From a virus, in IMG/VR virus record IMGVR_UViG_3300022407_006288, positions 1 through 64,000 of that record: a stretch of 64,000 nucleotides of DNA; one strand, 5' to 3'. Numbering within the stretch: position 1 is the first letter of the stretch; every line of letters starts with the position of its first letter. Both the position numbers and the translations under genes were made by a program. Below the pieces are notes generated by a model. That model was not told where the DNA came from, ran no database searches, and was given only the letters and a program-made list of their open reading frames with translations. Positions 31,372 to 41,254 of this stretch are shown one piece after another.

Positions 31372-33986
31372 TAAGATTGTTCCTTTGATACAACAACTTG
31401 ATTTGCGGCCTGCAATGCCGTGGGGTTAGAAATAGTCGGTATGTTTGACGATGCAAGCCCTGTTATTTGTGTTGGTAAATTTGCCCCTCGTAATCCTTGT
31501 AAGCTGGCCGATGCCAGCCTGTCTGTTTTAATTGCTGTAGCTGGAGGAGTCACGGCTGGTGGTACTGCTGCTAGATCTGCAGTTTTTTGTGCGTCATTTT
31601 CTATATCTTTTAAAAAGTTATCTAAATTAATAACAGGATCAAGTATGCAATTTAATTCTTGTTCAAAAACTCCACGATCAGTAAACTTACTCACAACACT
31701 AATTACCTTATATACCCCGCTAAACATAGTAACTTCTGTGAACGGATCAGTTTCGTCTTCGGTTAGATTATAAATTCTAGGAGTTCTAAATCTTATAACA
31801 ATAAAATTATCTGTACCGTACATATTTACTGAGCGGGGTGTATCTTTGTGTGAATTTTTAATTTTATTAATGGCAGCAGCATCTGTTCCCAAATTACTCA
31901 AATACGGAAAAATTTTGAGTTCTGAATTAACCGGTGTAGGGAACAACCAAAATGGGTCTCCCTTAATTGTAAATTTTAAAGATACTAAACTTGCATCAAG
32001 TGATGAATATAGTGCTGTAGCAAATACACTAGCAACTCTTGATCTTCCTGCATTACTGTTTCCTTCAATACCGCCAGCTGTTGTAGCCTCTTGCATACTT
32101 TCTCTATACGGTATCGGTCTTAGTTTGCCTTTTCTTAATGATTGAGCGGTTTTATCGGCTTCCTGTGCTGTTGGCGAAGCTGTTTTAACATCTGAAATAA
32201 ACATTAACTGAATATTATCTCCATTAGCATTAGATCCGCTAATAGGTGCAGCAAGTGATTTTGCTTCTATTCTTTTTGTATCTAATGTGCTGCCGGCACT
32301 ACTAATGCCTCCAGCTGCTATTATTCTTTGTGTTTGAGCTTGTCTATCGGGTGCCTCTGCATATTTAAGAATATTTGTATACCTGGCTTCTAGTGTTGGA
32401 TTTATATTAGACTCGGCCAATGCCTTTTTAAATTCGTTAATTTTTTTAGTAAGATCTTCCGATTTTTGTGCGCTATTAATAAACTGTAATGTTTCTCTAA
32501 GTTGTTGGGTTATATTTTTTTCAGTCTCTGCATTTTTTTGTGCAGTAACGCCTTGGTCTGAAATAGCCGAATCGTAGTAAATACCGCCAAATCTTGATAG
32601 TGCAGCAGCAAATGAAAAATTCATGTTTAAGTCTAGATTATAAATTTGATCGTTTAAGCCTGTAAAAATATAATTATACTTTTTTTTCATAATTTTATTT
32701 TTAGCATACTCAAGAAACCGTCTTTTTTCTGCAGCTAGCGTCTCGGGAGTTTGCCCGGTTTGTGAAGGGTCCACATCGGTCATACCTAAATCATACTCTA
32801 CAATATAAATTGTTATTGCTACAGCGTTATCTTGTCTTAACATATCAAACGCAATTGGTTTGGTTTCTGTAACAACACGCCACAATTTTTTCATTTGATT
32901 TGTTTCTTTATTTGACGGATTTGGTTGTCCCGCCGGAGTTTCAGAATTCTGCATTTTCTTTTGGAAATAATCCATGTTTTGACATAATGCGTCTACAATT
33001 TTGTCAATGCTAGTACCGGTATTAAAGGTTGCAGTTTTCTTTTTAAAGTCAACAAAGTCACCACTACGTGATGAATTTTTTGCCAAATCAGCAGGTGTTA
33101 GTAATTCCTTGCTAAAAGCAGGATCTACAACAATTCGATATGTATCGGGTATGCTATAGTTGTCAATTAGTTTTTCAAATTGATCTGCATTAATTTTATT
33201 TTCTAAATCTTTCATTGCACTCTCAAAGTCAGTAAGCTTTTCAAGTACCACATTATGCTGAATACTAAAATAAGAATTTGATTGTGCAAGCTCACTATAC
33301 ATAATTGCGTCAAACTGATATCTTGTGCCTATATGAGTGACATTTGCTTTTGAATTTGTAAGTTTAATAGGCCATACCCACTTTAATGCTGCTAACTCGC
33401 CTGGCGCGCCACCCTCTACAGATTGACCCGTACTAGAGTCTCTGCCTCTAAACTCTAACTGTAAAAATGTAGGCATGACTAGCCAATTACCAATTCCGAG
33501 TGAGACTGCCTGATAATATAGTTGGTCTAATAATCCGGCACCGGACGGTTCTATAATTTCAAATTTTACCAGAGTCTGCGTACCAGTGCCTGTTTCAACC
33601 GACGGTACAGCAATCCCGTGAATTTCAACATTAACTATTGTAAGATCAGATACTCCGCTTTCTGCAATAATTGTCTGGTTGGATAAATCAAGTATATTTC
33701 CGCTACTAGCATCTTCCAGCGATGTTATAAAAAGCTTCCAATGATAAGTATATGTGTCATAATTATCTAGAACATTAGGTTGAAATTGCAATAAGACTTT
33801 TTCTTCTGGTGCTGTTTCTTTATGTACATGTTTTTTATTATTATCTACAACAGTATAAGATGTTTTTACATATGCTCTGTTTTCGTTATATGTTTTTACA
33901 ACTGCTTTTCCGATAGTTGTATTTGCAACAGAATCTACTACCGAATTATAGGTTTCGGTGATACCAGACATAAAATCTTTAGACAT
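31371..33986 (-). CDS. Baseplate hub-associated structural protein (gp27-like by position)
   Basis: 871 aa between gp53-like and gp5-like genes; C-terminal TIKGDPFWL...FSGVYKVISVVSKF. Confidence 0.45.
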   Translation of the reverse strand: MSKDFMSGITETYNSVVDSVANTTIGKAVVKTYNENRAYVKTSYTVVDNNKKHVHKETAPEEKVLLQFQPNVLDNYDTYTYHWKLFITSLEDASSGNILDLSNQTIIAESGVSDLTIVNVEIHGIAVPSVETGTGTQTLVKFEIIEPSGAGLLDQLYYQAVSLGIGNWLVMPTFLQLEFRGRDSSTGQSVEGGAPGELAALKWVWPIKLTNSKANVTHIGTRYQFDAIMYSELAQSNSYFSIQHNVVLEKLTDFESAMKDLENKINADQFEKLIDNYSIPDTYRIVVDPAFSKELLTPADLAKNSSRSGDFVDFKKKTATFNTGTSIDKIVDALCQNMDYFQKKMQNSETPAGQPNPSNKETNQMKKLWRVVTETKPIAFDMLRQDNAVAITIYIVEYDLGMTDVDPSQTGQTPETLAAEKRRFLEYAKNKIMKKKYNYIFTGLNDQIYNLDLNMNFSFAAALSRFGGIYYDSAISDQGVTAQKNAETEKNITQQLRETLQFINSAQKSEDLTKKINEFKKALAESNINPTLEARYTNILKYAEAPDRQAQTQRIIAAGGISSAGSTLDTKRIEAKSLAAPISGSNANGDNIQLMFISDVKTASPTAQEADKTAQSLRKGKLRPIPYRESMQEATTAGGIEGNSNAGRSRVASVFATALYSSLDASLVSLKFTIKGDPFWLFPTPVNSELKIFPYLSNLGTDAAAINKIKNSHKDTPRSVNMYGTDNFIVIRFRTPRIYNLTEDETDPFTEVTMFSGVYKVISVVSKFTDRGVFEQELNCILDPVINLDNFLKDIENDAQKTADLAAVPPAVTPPATAIKTDRLASASLQGLRGANLPTQITGLASSNIPTISNPTALQAANQVVVSKEQS

Positions 33987-33987
33987 A

Positions 33988-34275
33988 TTATTGCTTCAAT
34001 ATATTATTAGGAACATAAATTTCTAACCCTGCAACAAAATCGTTAATAGGGTCTATAATTAAATCAGGGTTTCTTACGCAAAATACCCACCATAGTCTCG
34101 GAGTACCGTATTCCTGCTGACTTAATAAATCTGGTCTTTGATTAAATTCAGGAGGAATAATAATAATTTTATCGTAGTCATTTTTTGGAACTATCCGAGG
34201 TACCCATAAATCAAGATACCAGTTTTTAATTGGCGTCAGAGAATAAGGACTTGTATCTTTTGTATTTTGTGCCAT
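33988..34275 (-). CDS. Baseplate wedge protein, gp53-like (LysM-like)
   Basis: RPDLLS...YGTPRLWWVF..RN....DPI.DF..G..IYVP. Confidence 0.7.
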   Translation of the reverse strand: MAQNTKDTSPYSLTPIKNWYLDLWVPRIVPKNDYDKIIIIPPEFNQRPDLLSQQEYGTPRLWWVFCVRNPDLIIDPINDFVAGLEIYVPNNILKQ

Positions 34276-34982
34276 TATATGTATCCCCCACCTAACAGCT
34301 TACCCTGGCGGAATAAATCAAGATTAAAATTATTTCTAAGTGTAATTGGCACATACTGTACATCTAACTCAACTATAGCTGTTATATGTGTAGGCACATA
34401 CGTAAATCCGCTAGGGGATGGGACCGGGGAGCCAGTTACATTATTATTAAATGTAGAAAATGTAGTATTAATTGGTACATAATCAATATCTGCCGGGTAT
34501 GTGTAGTCAAACGACTTTACTATGACAGGTGTATTGTTAAATTGATAATCACCTAAATAATTAAACAATAATACCGGCGGTGGTGTACCGGCTTTGTCAT
34601 AAGGATTCAAACCAAAGTAAGATTTGGTAACTGATCTAAAAAACCAAATTATTGCCAGTAAATATAGTGCTTCTTGTGTGGTTTGTGCAGTAAATTCGGC
34701 TGTAATAGTTATTGGCTTAGGGTACGATCTAATATATGCATTATATCCATAGTTTGAATGTATAAACCCAGACGATTCATACTCGACTGTATTTCCTGTT
34801 GCCACAGACGGTGTATAAGGGAAAAGAACACCCCTAGTAGCCCACAAAGGATGTAAAATATTACTAGGTTCATTCGGCCCTAAGACATCGTTTGTGGCAT
34901 ATGAAACATTATTAATTATTGTAGTTCCAGATAACAACTTTTTAGGTTGTAATCTAGCTCTAAAATCGGCCGGTGAACCCAT
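34275..34982 (-). CDS. Baseplate tail-tube cap/initiator (gp48/gp54-like)
   Basis: FPYTP, HSNY, GTPPPV..F..LG..QFNN.PV motifs; position. Confidence 0.55.
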   Translation of the reverse strand: MGSPADFRARLQPKKLLSGTTIINNVSYATNDVLGPNEPSNILHPLWATRGVLFPYTPSVATGNTVEYESSGFIHSNYGYNAYIRSYPKPITITAEFTAQTTQEALYLLAIIWFFRSVTKSYFGLNPYDKAGTPPPVLLFNYLGDYQFNNTPVIVKSFDYTYPADIDYVPINTTFSTFNNNVTGSPVPSPSGFTYVPTHITAIVELDVQYVPITLRNNFNLDLFRQGKLLGGGYI

Positions 34983-35001
34983 TGTACTCTCCTATTTTGC
35001 T

Positions 35002-35009
35002 TATTTATC
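35002..35009 (-). promoter_or_regulatory. Late promoter GATAAATA heading the baseplate operon
   Basis: TATTTATC, then AGGAG RBS before 34982. Confidence 0.75.
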
Positions 35010-35043
35010 ACTCTTATAAATTGGTGTTTTTATAGCGAAACGG

Positions 35044-35072
35044 TTGACTTGCCGGTGTCATTTTGTTAAAAT
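35044..35072 (+). promoter_or_regulatory. Sigma70-type promoter for gp55-gp47-gp46
   Basis: TTGACT-17 bp-TAAAAT with TG extension. Confidence 0.75.
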
Positions 35073-35097
35073 AAGAAAAATTTGCTGAAGGGAAATT

Positions 35098-36009
35098 ATG
35101 AATATAATTATAGAAAATGAAGATGGTATTATGGCTCCAGTAACTATTTCAACCGAGCCGGTTAAAAAAATTAATTACTTAAATAATAAAGATATGTTGA
35201 AGGAAATTCACAGAAGTAAAAATTCTTTTTCCGAATATATAGATCCAAAATACAGTGATTACGATGTTATTGTTGAAGATATTCAAGAAATATTTTTACC
35301 AGAAACACAAGAAAAGGGTAAAATTACTCGTGCAGCAAGAATAGGTGTAACTGCATATGATGCTGCAATAGCAAGTTCGCTAATGTTGCCAAAATCAGAA
35401 AAACCAAAACTATCCGAGTTTAAAGTAAAGCCCGATACAATTTTGGTTGACGACTTGGTATTTAGGGTGCTTACATTTGATCATATCCCTTTATCTCCGG
35501 GCCGTAAAAAGAACCCAAAGAGCGAAGGCGACAAGTATGTTAAGTTAAATTTTTATCCATTTAAGCACTTTATTATTGAAAATGGTGTGGCCAAAGAGGT
35601 AGGAAGATCGCACTCAAAAAAAGGCAAATTTAATATAGAGGTTGGCTCTATTACAAACAAGCTTGCTAAAATGTTTATTCTCATGGTAAACAAATATGCA
35701 CAACGCGGTAACTGGCGAGGATATACTTATCTCGACGAAATGAAAGGGCAAGCATTGCTACAACTTGCGCAGATGGGCCTGCAGTTTGACGAATACAAGT
35801 CTGATAATCCGTTCTCCTATTATACGGCAAGTGTATCAAACAGTTTTACTCGTGTACTTAACTTAGAAAAGAAGAGTCAGGATCTCAGAGATGATTTGCT
35901 AATTGATAGCGGTGCAAGTCCAAGTTTTTCAAGACAACTTGCTGTTGAAGACGAAATCCGTAGGTTAAGAGAAGATGCACAGGAAACTGCCAAAGATGAC
36001 CACGAATAA
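35098..36009 (+). CDS. gp55: Late-transcription sigma factor, T4 gp55-like
   Basis: NWRGYTYLDEM...A......QFDEYKSDNPFSYYT...NSF.R.L; T4-like gene order gp55-gp47-gp46. Confidence 0.8.
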   Translation: MNIIIENEDGIMAPVTISTEPVKKINYLNNKDMLKEIHRSKNSFSEYIDPKYSDYDVIVEDIQEIFLPETQEKGKITRAARIGVTAYDAAIASSLMLPKSEKPKLSEFKVKPDTILVDDLVFRVLTFDHIPLSPGRKKNPKSEGDKYVKLNFYPFKHFIIENGVAKEVGRSHSKKGKFNIEVGSITNKLAKMFILMVNKYAQRGNWRGYTYLDEMKGQALLQLAQMGLQFDEYKSDNPFSYYTASVSNSFTRVLNLEKKSQDLRDDLLIDSGASPSFSRQLAVEDEIRRLREDAQETAKDDHE

Positions 36010-37018
36010 TCAATTATTTCATCGCACTGTGGTTTTCTCTGATATCCACTTTGGTCTTCGACATAACTCAGCTGAACACAATCAAGATTGCCTGGATTTC
36101 ATAGATTGGCTAATTAGTGAAGCAAAGACAAGGGGTGCTGAAACCTGTCTAATGTTGGGCGACTGGCATCATCATAGATCCAATATCAATATTTTAACTT
36201 TAGATTATACAATGCAGGCATTGAGAAAACTTAATGCTGCATTTGATAAAACCTATATCATGGTAGGAAATCACGATCTTTTTTACAGAGAAAAACGTGA
36301 TATTCACTCCATGATTGTGGGTAGCGAATTTAATAATATTGTGTTGATTGATAAGCCGGTGATTGAAGGTAATGTTGCATTAATCCCTTGGCTGGTTGAA
36401 GAGGAGTGGATGCAAGTGTCAAAGATGCAGTCAAAGTATACCTTTGGTCACTTGGAGCTGCCAGGCTTTAAAATGAACGCCATGGTTGAAATGCCTGATC
36501 ACGGCACGCTAAATTCTTCGCATTTTAAGAATCAAGAATTGGTATTTTCGGGCCACTTTCATAAAAGACAAACAAAGGGCAGAATTAGTTACATTGGCAA
36601 TCCGTTTGGTCACAATTATTCAGATGTTTGGGATTTTGAACGTGGTGCCATGTACATGGAGTGGGATAAAGAGCCCGAGTTCTTGGATTATACAACCGGT
36701 CCTAGATTTATTAGTATTAATCTTTCAGCCCTATTAGAAAATCCTGATATTTATTTAAAGCCCAAAACCTATCTGCAAGTTATACTTGACATTGACATCA
36801 CATATGAGGAAGCTGCATTTTTAAGAGAAACTTTTCTGACACAATACAATGTAAGAGAATTTAAACTTATTAAAAATCAAGAAGAAGAAATAACAAAGTC
36901 TTATACAGCAGATAGCAAATTTAAGACAGTAGATCAAATTGTTATTGAAGAGCTAACAAATATTGATAGCGATTCTTTTAATACAAGTAAACTTGTAGAA
37001 ATTTATAATGGACTATAA
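35996..37018 (+). CDS. gp47: Recombination endonuclease subunit (gp47, SbcD/Mre11-like)
   Basis: SDIHFG, LGDWHH, GNHD, GHLE and SGHFH phosphoesterase motifs; start placed at MTTN. Confidence 0.92.
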   Translation: MTTNNQLFHRTVVFSDIHFGLRHNSAEHNQDCLDFIDWLISEAKTRGAETCLMLGDWHHHRSNINILTLDYTMQALRKLNAAFDKTYIMVGNHDLFYREKRDIHSMIVGSEFNNIVLIDKPVIEGNVALIPWLVEEEWMQVSKMQSKYTFGHLELPGFKMNAMVEMPDHGTLNSSHFKNQELVFSGHFHKRQTKGRISYIGNPFGHNYSDVWDFERGAMYMEWDKEPEFLDYTTGPRFISINLSALLENPDIYLKPKTYLQVILDIDITYEEAAFLRETFLTQYNVREFKLIKNQEEEITKSYTADSKFKTVDQIVIEELTNIDSDSFNTSKLVEIYNGL

Positions 37019-37023
37019 CATAC

Positions 37024-38826
37024 ATGTTAAAAATTAAATCATTAACTTTAAAGAATTTTTTATCTGTTGGCAATGTTACCCAATCAATCAGTTTTACCCA
37101 GCAGGATCTTGTGCTTGTACTGGGTGAAAATATTGACCTAGGCGGAAATGATAATAGAAATGGCGTGGGTAAATCGGCGATAGTAAATGCATTATCGTAT
37201 GCGTTGTATGGCGAGGCGTTAACAAAGATTCGTAAGGATAATTTGATTAATGCTACTAATGCTAAAAATATGTTTGTAACTCTTACATTTGAGATTAACG
37301 GCATAAATTATAAAGTTGAGCGCGGTCGCAAACCAGGTATCTTTAGATTTACTAAAGGCGATACCAATAGCGATATTAAAATTAATAGTGAACAAGATGA
37401 TAAAACCGACGAGGATGAATCACAGGGCGAAAGTCGTCTTACACAAATAGAAATTGAGCGCACTATTGGAATTTCCCATGACATGTTCAAGCACATACTT
37501 GCATTAAACACATATGTAGAACCTTTCTTGTCACTAAGAACAAGTGATCAACGTATTATTATTGAACAATTGCTAGGTATCACAAAACTATCTGAAAAGG
37601 CCGATAAGCTCAAGGAAGATAATAAACTAACAAAAGATGATATTAAAGAAGAGGAATTTCGAATATCGGCTGCAACTGAAGCAAATCGTCGAATTGAGCA
37701 GAATATATCCGGCCTTGAGATTAAGTCATCGGCATGGGATAAAGCAAAAGATATTAAGGTAACAAAACTTAGATCTTCAATTGAGAAAATGTTAAATGTA
37801 GAGATTGATGAAGAAATTACGCTCCACAAGTCTAAGAAAGAAGCACACGATCTTAATACAGAATACAAAGCTCTTGCAAAAGAACTAACAGGATTAGAAA
37901 AAGATGTAACAGATTGCGAAAAAATTATTGCAAAGTTAAAAAAGGTTGTATCTAATTCCACCGAGCAGGTTTGCCCGACATGTAGTCAGGCTATGGATCA
38001 GGCTACACATAAAAATGTGCATGATGATTACATTTTGCAATACAACGAAGCACAACTTAAACTTGACTATAAGACTGCTAAAAGAGACGAAGTCAAGTCG
38101 CTTGCTGCATCGGTGCTGTCCTTAATACCCACATTACCTAATACATTCTATGATACCATAGACGAGGCATATGCTCATAAAACCACACTGGATACACTGG
38201 GTAACAGTTTGTCTGCCGAGATTAATTCCGAAAACCCATTTATAGATCAAATTGATACCCTTAGAAAAGATGGTTTACAAGAAGTTGATTTTTCTAATCT
38301 TAACGAATTAGTAAAACTAAAAGATCATCAGGAGTTCTTACTCAAGTTACTGACAAGTAAAGATAGTTTTATACGCAAGAAAATTATTGATCAAAACTTG
38401 TCATTCTTAAATCATCGCTTATCTTACTATATTGAAAATATTGGATTACCTCACAACGTAAAATTTAAGTCAGACCTTGAAGTTGAAATTAGCATGTATG
38501 GTAAAGAGTTTGACTTTGATAATTTAAGTCGAGGCGAACGAACCAGACTTATACTATCACTATCTTGGGCATTTAGGGATGTTTTTGAAAATATGAATAA
38601 CAAGATTAATCTATTATTTATTGATGAATTAGTAGACAACGGGATTGATACAGCAGGCACCGAGTCTGTACTACGAATACTGAAAAATATGAGTCGCACC
38701 AATGGGAAAAATATCTTTTTAATTTCCCATCGGGATGAATTTATTGGCAGGGTAACAAACGTGCTTAAGGTTATAAAAGAAGGCGGTTTTACGTCAATAG
38801 AAAAGATGACAACTTCTGAAGTTTGA
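37024..38826 (+). CDS. gp46: Recombination ATPase subunit (gp46, SbcC/Rad50-like)
   Basis: Walker A NGVGKS, CPTC zinc hook, LSRGE signature, LLFIDE Walker B, ISH. Confidence 0.93.
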   Translation: MLKIKSLTLKNFLSVGNVTQSISFTQQDLVLVLGENIDLGGNDNRNGVGKSAIVNALSYALYGEALTKIRKDNLINATNAKNMFVTLTFEINGINYKVERGRKPGIFRFTKGDTNSDIKINSEQDDKTDEDESQGESRLTQIEIERTIGISHDMFKHILALNTYVEPFLSLRTSDQRIIIEQLLGITKLSEKADKLKEDNKLTKDDIKEEEFRISAATEANRRIEQNISGLEIKSSAWDKAKDIKVTKLRSSIEKMLNVEIDEEITLHKSKKEAHDLNTEYKALAKELTGLEKDVTDCEKIIAKLKKVVSNSTEQVCPTCSQAMDQATHKNVHDDYILQYNEAQLKLDYKTAKRDEVKSLAASVLSLIPTLPNTFYDTIDEAYAHKTTLDTLGNSLSAEINSENPFIDQIDTLRKDGLQEVDFSNLNELVKLKDHQEFLLKLLTSKDSFIRKKIIDQNLSFLNHRLSYYIENIGLPHNVKFKSDLEVEISMYGKEFDFDNLSRGERTRLILSLSWAFRDVFENMNNKINLLFIDELVDNGIDTAGTESVLRILKNMSRTNGKNIFLISHRDEFIGRVTNVLKVIKEGGFTSIEKMTTSEV

Positions 38827-38852
38827 CAGTCTACATTATTCTATTATACACT
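38823..38852 (+). promoter_or_regulatory. Possible sigma70 promoter for the 38875 ORF
   Basis: TTGACA-18 bp-TACACT overlapping the gp46 stop. Confidence 0.45.
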
Positions 38853-38874
38853 AAATGTAGTTTTAAAGGTATCT

Positions 38875-40071
38875 ATGACTAATGATGAAAAAATAAAACA
38901 ATTTAAAAATATATTTACAAAATTAGCAAGTATTGAACTTGATGCATACACTTTATATTTAAATTCCGGTGAAAATAGGGAATATTTGCCGTTAAACCCG
39001 TATACTGGTCCCAAATCATCTAAGGAATTAGAGGATGCAGGGTGGACTAAATTTTGTATTCGTAAAACAACTAAATTTTATCACCCGGCATTAGACGTGA
39101 CAAATAATCGGGATGCTACTCTCTTTTATAAAGCTGCGCTCTTTGATAAATTTGACCCGGACAACAAGATAGGCAAAAAATGGACAGATCTAGTTTACGT
39201 TTCCGATAAATGGAGTGAAAAACGCGGTATGGAAAATACCGTCTTTGAACCTATATCTCAACTCGAAGTTCACTTTGAATATGTTAGTACGCAAGGTGTT
39301 TATCGAATAAGACACAACGGAAGTAAAGTGGGGTTTGATCTTTTTTCATTATATAATTATGAGGCTAAGGCGATCAATTTAGCCAATAATAAAGAATATT
39401 TAAAACTTATGCAATACGGGCCCAATCATAAAGATAAATTGCTGATATGTCATTTATCAGGGCAAAGTATGTCGCTTATTGAATTAACAAATTTCGAAAC
39501 AGGTTTCAAAGCTGCGCAATCTTCGCATCAGCTACATCATGCACGGTATGATAAAACAGGAAGTATATATAAAATTGTAGAACCAAGTCAGTTAATGGGG
39601 ATGAAAAATTTTAAAAATTTTACCCATGAGGAACACATGGAACTGTTAGGCTGTATTATCTTAAGTGGTGATTCTCATGATGCAATACATAACTCAAATA
39701 AACAAGACGGCATTGATAACTGGTTTAAACGGCTCGAACTAAAAGAGTGCTACTCTTTACCTTATCACTGGGTATCAAGAGAAAACTATAACAATACGCT
39801 CACGTATCTTTCAGAAAATACAGATTATTTTAATAGAGACTTAGCATTATCCTATGATGATTTTATGAAAAAACATAGTGTTTCTACAACAATTACAAAT
39901 TCAGTGTTGGCTGAACTGACTGAGTCGAGTATTGCTGAACCAACGACTGATTTTGTTCTTTTGTCCAAAAGTCATCCCAGTTTACAAATACCCACCCTTT
40001 ATAATTTAGAGATCGATCAACAACAAACTTTAGATTTTGAGGATAAACAACCCACTTATCTTTACGGCTAA
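38875..40071 (+). CDS. Hypothetical protein, possible HNH-type nuclease
   Basis: ICHLSG...LHHARY...CIILSGDSHDAIH resembles a beta-beta-alpha-metal motif; 3' end overlaps resolvase antisense. Confidence 0.45.
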   Translation: MTNDEKIKQFKNIFTKLASIELDAYTLYLNSGENREYLPLNPYTGPKSSKELEDAGWTKFCIRKTTKFYHPALDVTNNRDATLFYKAALFDKFDPDNKIGKKWTDLVYVSDKWSEKRGMENTVFEPISQLEVHFEYVSTQGVYRIRHNGSKVGFDLFSLYNYEAKAINLANNKEYLKLMQYGPNHKDKLLICHLSGQSMSLIELTNFETGFKAAQSSHQLHHARYDKTGSIYKIVEPSQLMGMKNFKNFTHEEHMELLGCIILSGDSHDAIHNSNKQDGIDNWFKRLELKECYSLPYHWVSRENYNNTLTYLSENTDYFNRDLALSYDDFMKKHSVSTTITNSVLAELTESSIAEPTTDFVLLSKSHPSLQIPTLYNLEIDQQQTLDFEDKQPTYLYG

Positions 40072-40417
40072 TTTTAATTAAAATTAAATTTAAATCGCCC
40101 TCATCCTCAACTTCGTGCTGCTGTTGTATCCACGAATCGAGGATCTTTACATCTGTGTACCATAACTGGTGAAACGGGAAGTCTTTGTAACTTTTGCACT
40201 CCACATTAAAATGTGTCCATGCATCTGGAGGATGTATGTCCCCTTTCTTACTTTGTAATTGTGACTGATCTAATGTGGCTTTTCTAAAATTATTTTTGCC
40301 GCCCACAAATGCACCGCTACTGGGTACTCTCAGAAATGATAAATTATAGGTTGATGATAAAAATTTAGCCACCTCTAGTTCCCAACTGTTTCCCTTAGCC
40401 TTTGATTTACTTGGCAT
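39893..40417 (-). CDS. Holliday junction resolvase (PD-(D/E)XK, Hjc-like)
   Basis: KGNSWELEVA...RVPSSGA...GDI...NVECK. Confidence 0.8.
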   Translation of the reverse strand: MPSKSKAKGNSWELEVAKFLSSTYNLSFLRVPSSGAFVGGKNNFRKATLDQSQLQSKKGDIHPPDAWTHFNVECKSYKDFPFHQLWYTDVKILDSWIQQQHEVEDEGDLNLILIKISRKDKWVVYPQNLKFVVDRSLNYKGWVFVNWDDFWTKEQNQSLVQQYSTQSVQPTLNL

Positions 40418-40437
40418 ATTAAATCCCCTGTTAATGT

Positions 40438-40459
40438 TACTTATCTATTTTTATAAATA
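40438..40459. promoter_or_regulatory. Back-to-back late promoters
   Basis: GATAAGTA on - strand (40438-40445) towards resolvase; TATAAATA on + strand (40452-40459) towards endolysin. Confidence 0.65.
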
Positions 40460-40480
40460 GTTATAACAAGGACGAACACA

Positions 40481-41068
40481 ATGACCTATACACCCGCATT
40501 TGAAAAAGCAGTTGATCATACCATGTTATACGAAGTGGGCGGGTTTTGGAATGTGGCCCATCCGGCTGTAAAAATGGGGCTTATTGATAGCAAAGAAAAT
40601 CGTAGAGCTGTTGGTTATACCAATGATCCAGTTGATGTTGGCGGTGAAACAAAATTCGGTATTGCTAAACGTGCTAATCCCACTGTTGACATAGCTAAAC
40701 TAACATGGGAAGGTGCATTGGCAATATATTACAGTCACTATTGGTTAAAAGGTAAATGTGATAGATTACCTGCTAATATAGCCGTACTGCATTTTGACGG
40801 ATGTGTAAATTTTGGAGTTGGACAAGCAGCTAAATTCTTACAGCGGTCGGTTTCGGTACAAGTTGATGGTGCTATTGGTGAGATTACAATTGATGCTGCT
40901 AGAATGTTAAATCAGATTACCGTATGCAATACAATTTGTGATCAAAGGGACAACTACTACAAGCAAATTGTATTCAATAAGCCCGCTCAAGTAAGATTTT
41001 TAAACGGATGGCTTCGCCGAAACGCCGAAATGAGAGCTTTTAGCACAAATCCCGCTAATAAATTTTAA
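40481..41068 (+). CDS. Endolysin, glycoside hydrolase family 108 with peptidoglycan-binding domain
   Basis: EVGG...DPVDVGGETKFGI, VDGAIG.IT, C-terminal RFLNGWLRR. Confidence 0.88.
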   Translation: MTYTPAFEKAVDHTMLYEVGGFWNVAHPAVKMGLIDSKENRRAVGYTNDPVDVGGETKFGIAKRANPTVDIAKLTWEGALAIYYSHYWLKGKCDRLPANIAVLHFDGCVNFGVGQAAKFLQRSVSVQVDGAIGEITIDAARMLNQITVCNTICDQRDNYYKQIVFNKPAQVRFLNGWLRRNAEMRAFSTNPANKF

Positions 41069-41071
41069 CGT

Positions 41072-41224
41072 ATCAAGAATATTGTTGGTATAGAGTCAGT
41101 GAAGATAAAATAGTACAACAAGTAAAATTGTTCATCAAACCTACAGCATCAAAATATTCTAATCACATCTAATATACCAGCATAATTCTTAAATCAAAAT
41201 TCTATCAAATCAAAACACATCAGA
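41072..41224. repeat. AT-rich tract of dispersed ATCAAA repeats
   Basis: ATCAAA at 41134, 41148, 41193, 41204, 41209; ATCAAG/ATCACA/ATCAGA variants at 41072, 41162, 41219. Confidence 0.6.
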
Positions 41225-41254
41225 ATTTAGTACAATTAAAAGTTAAGTATTTAC

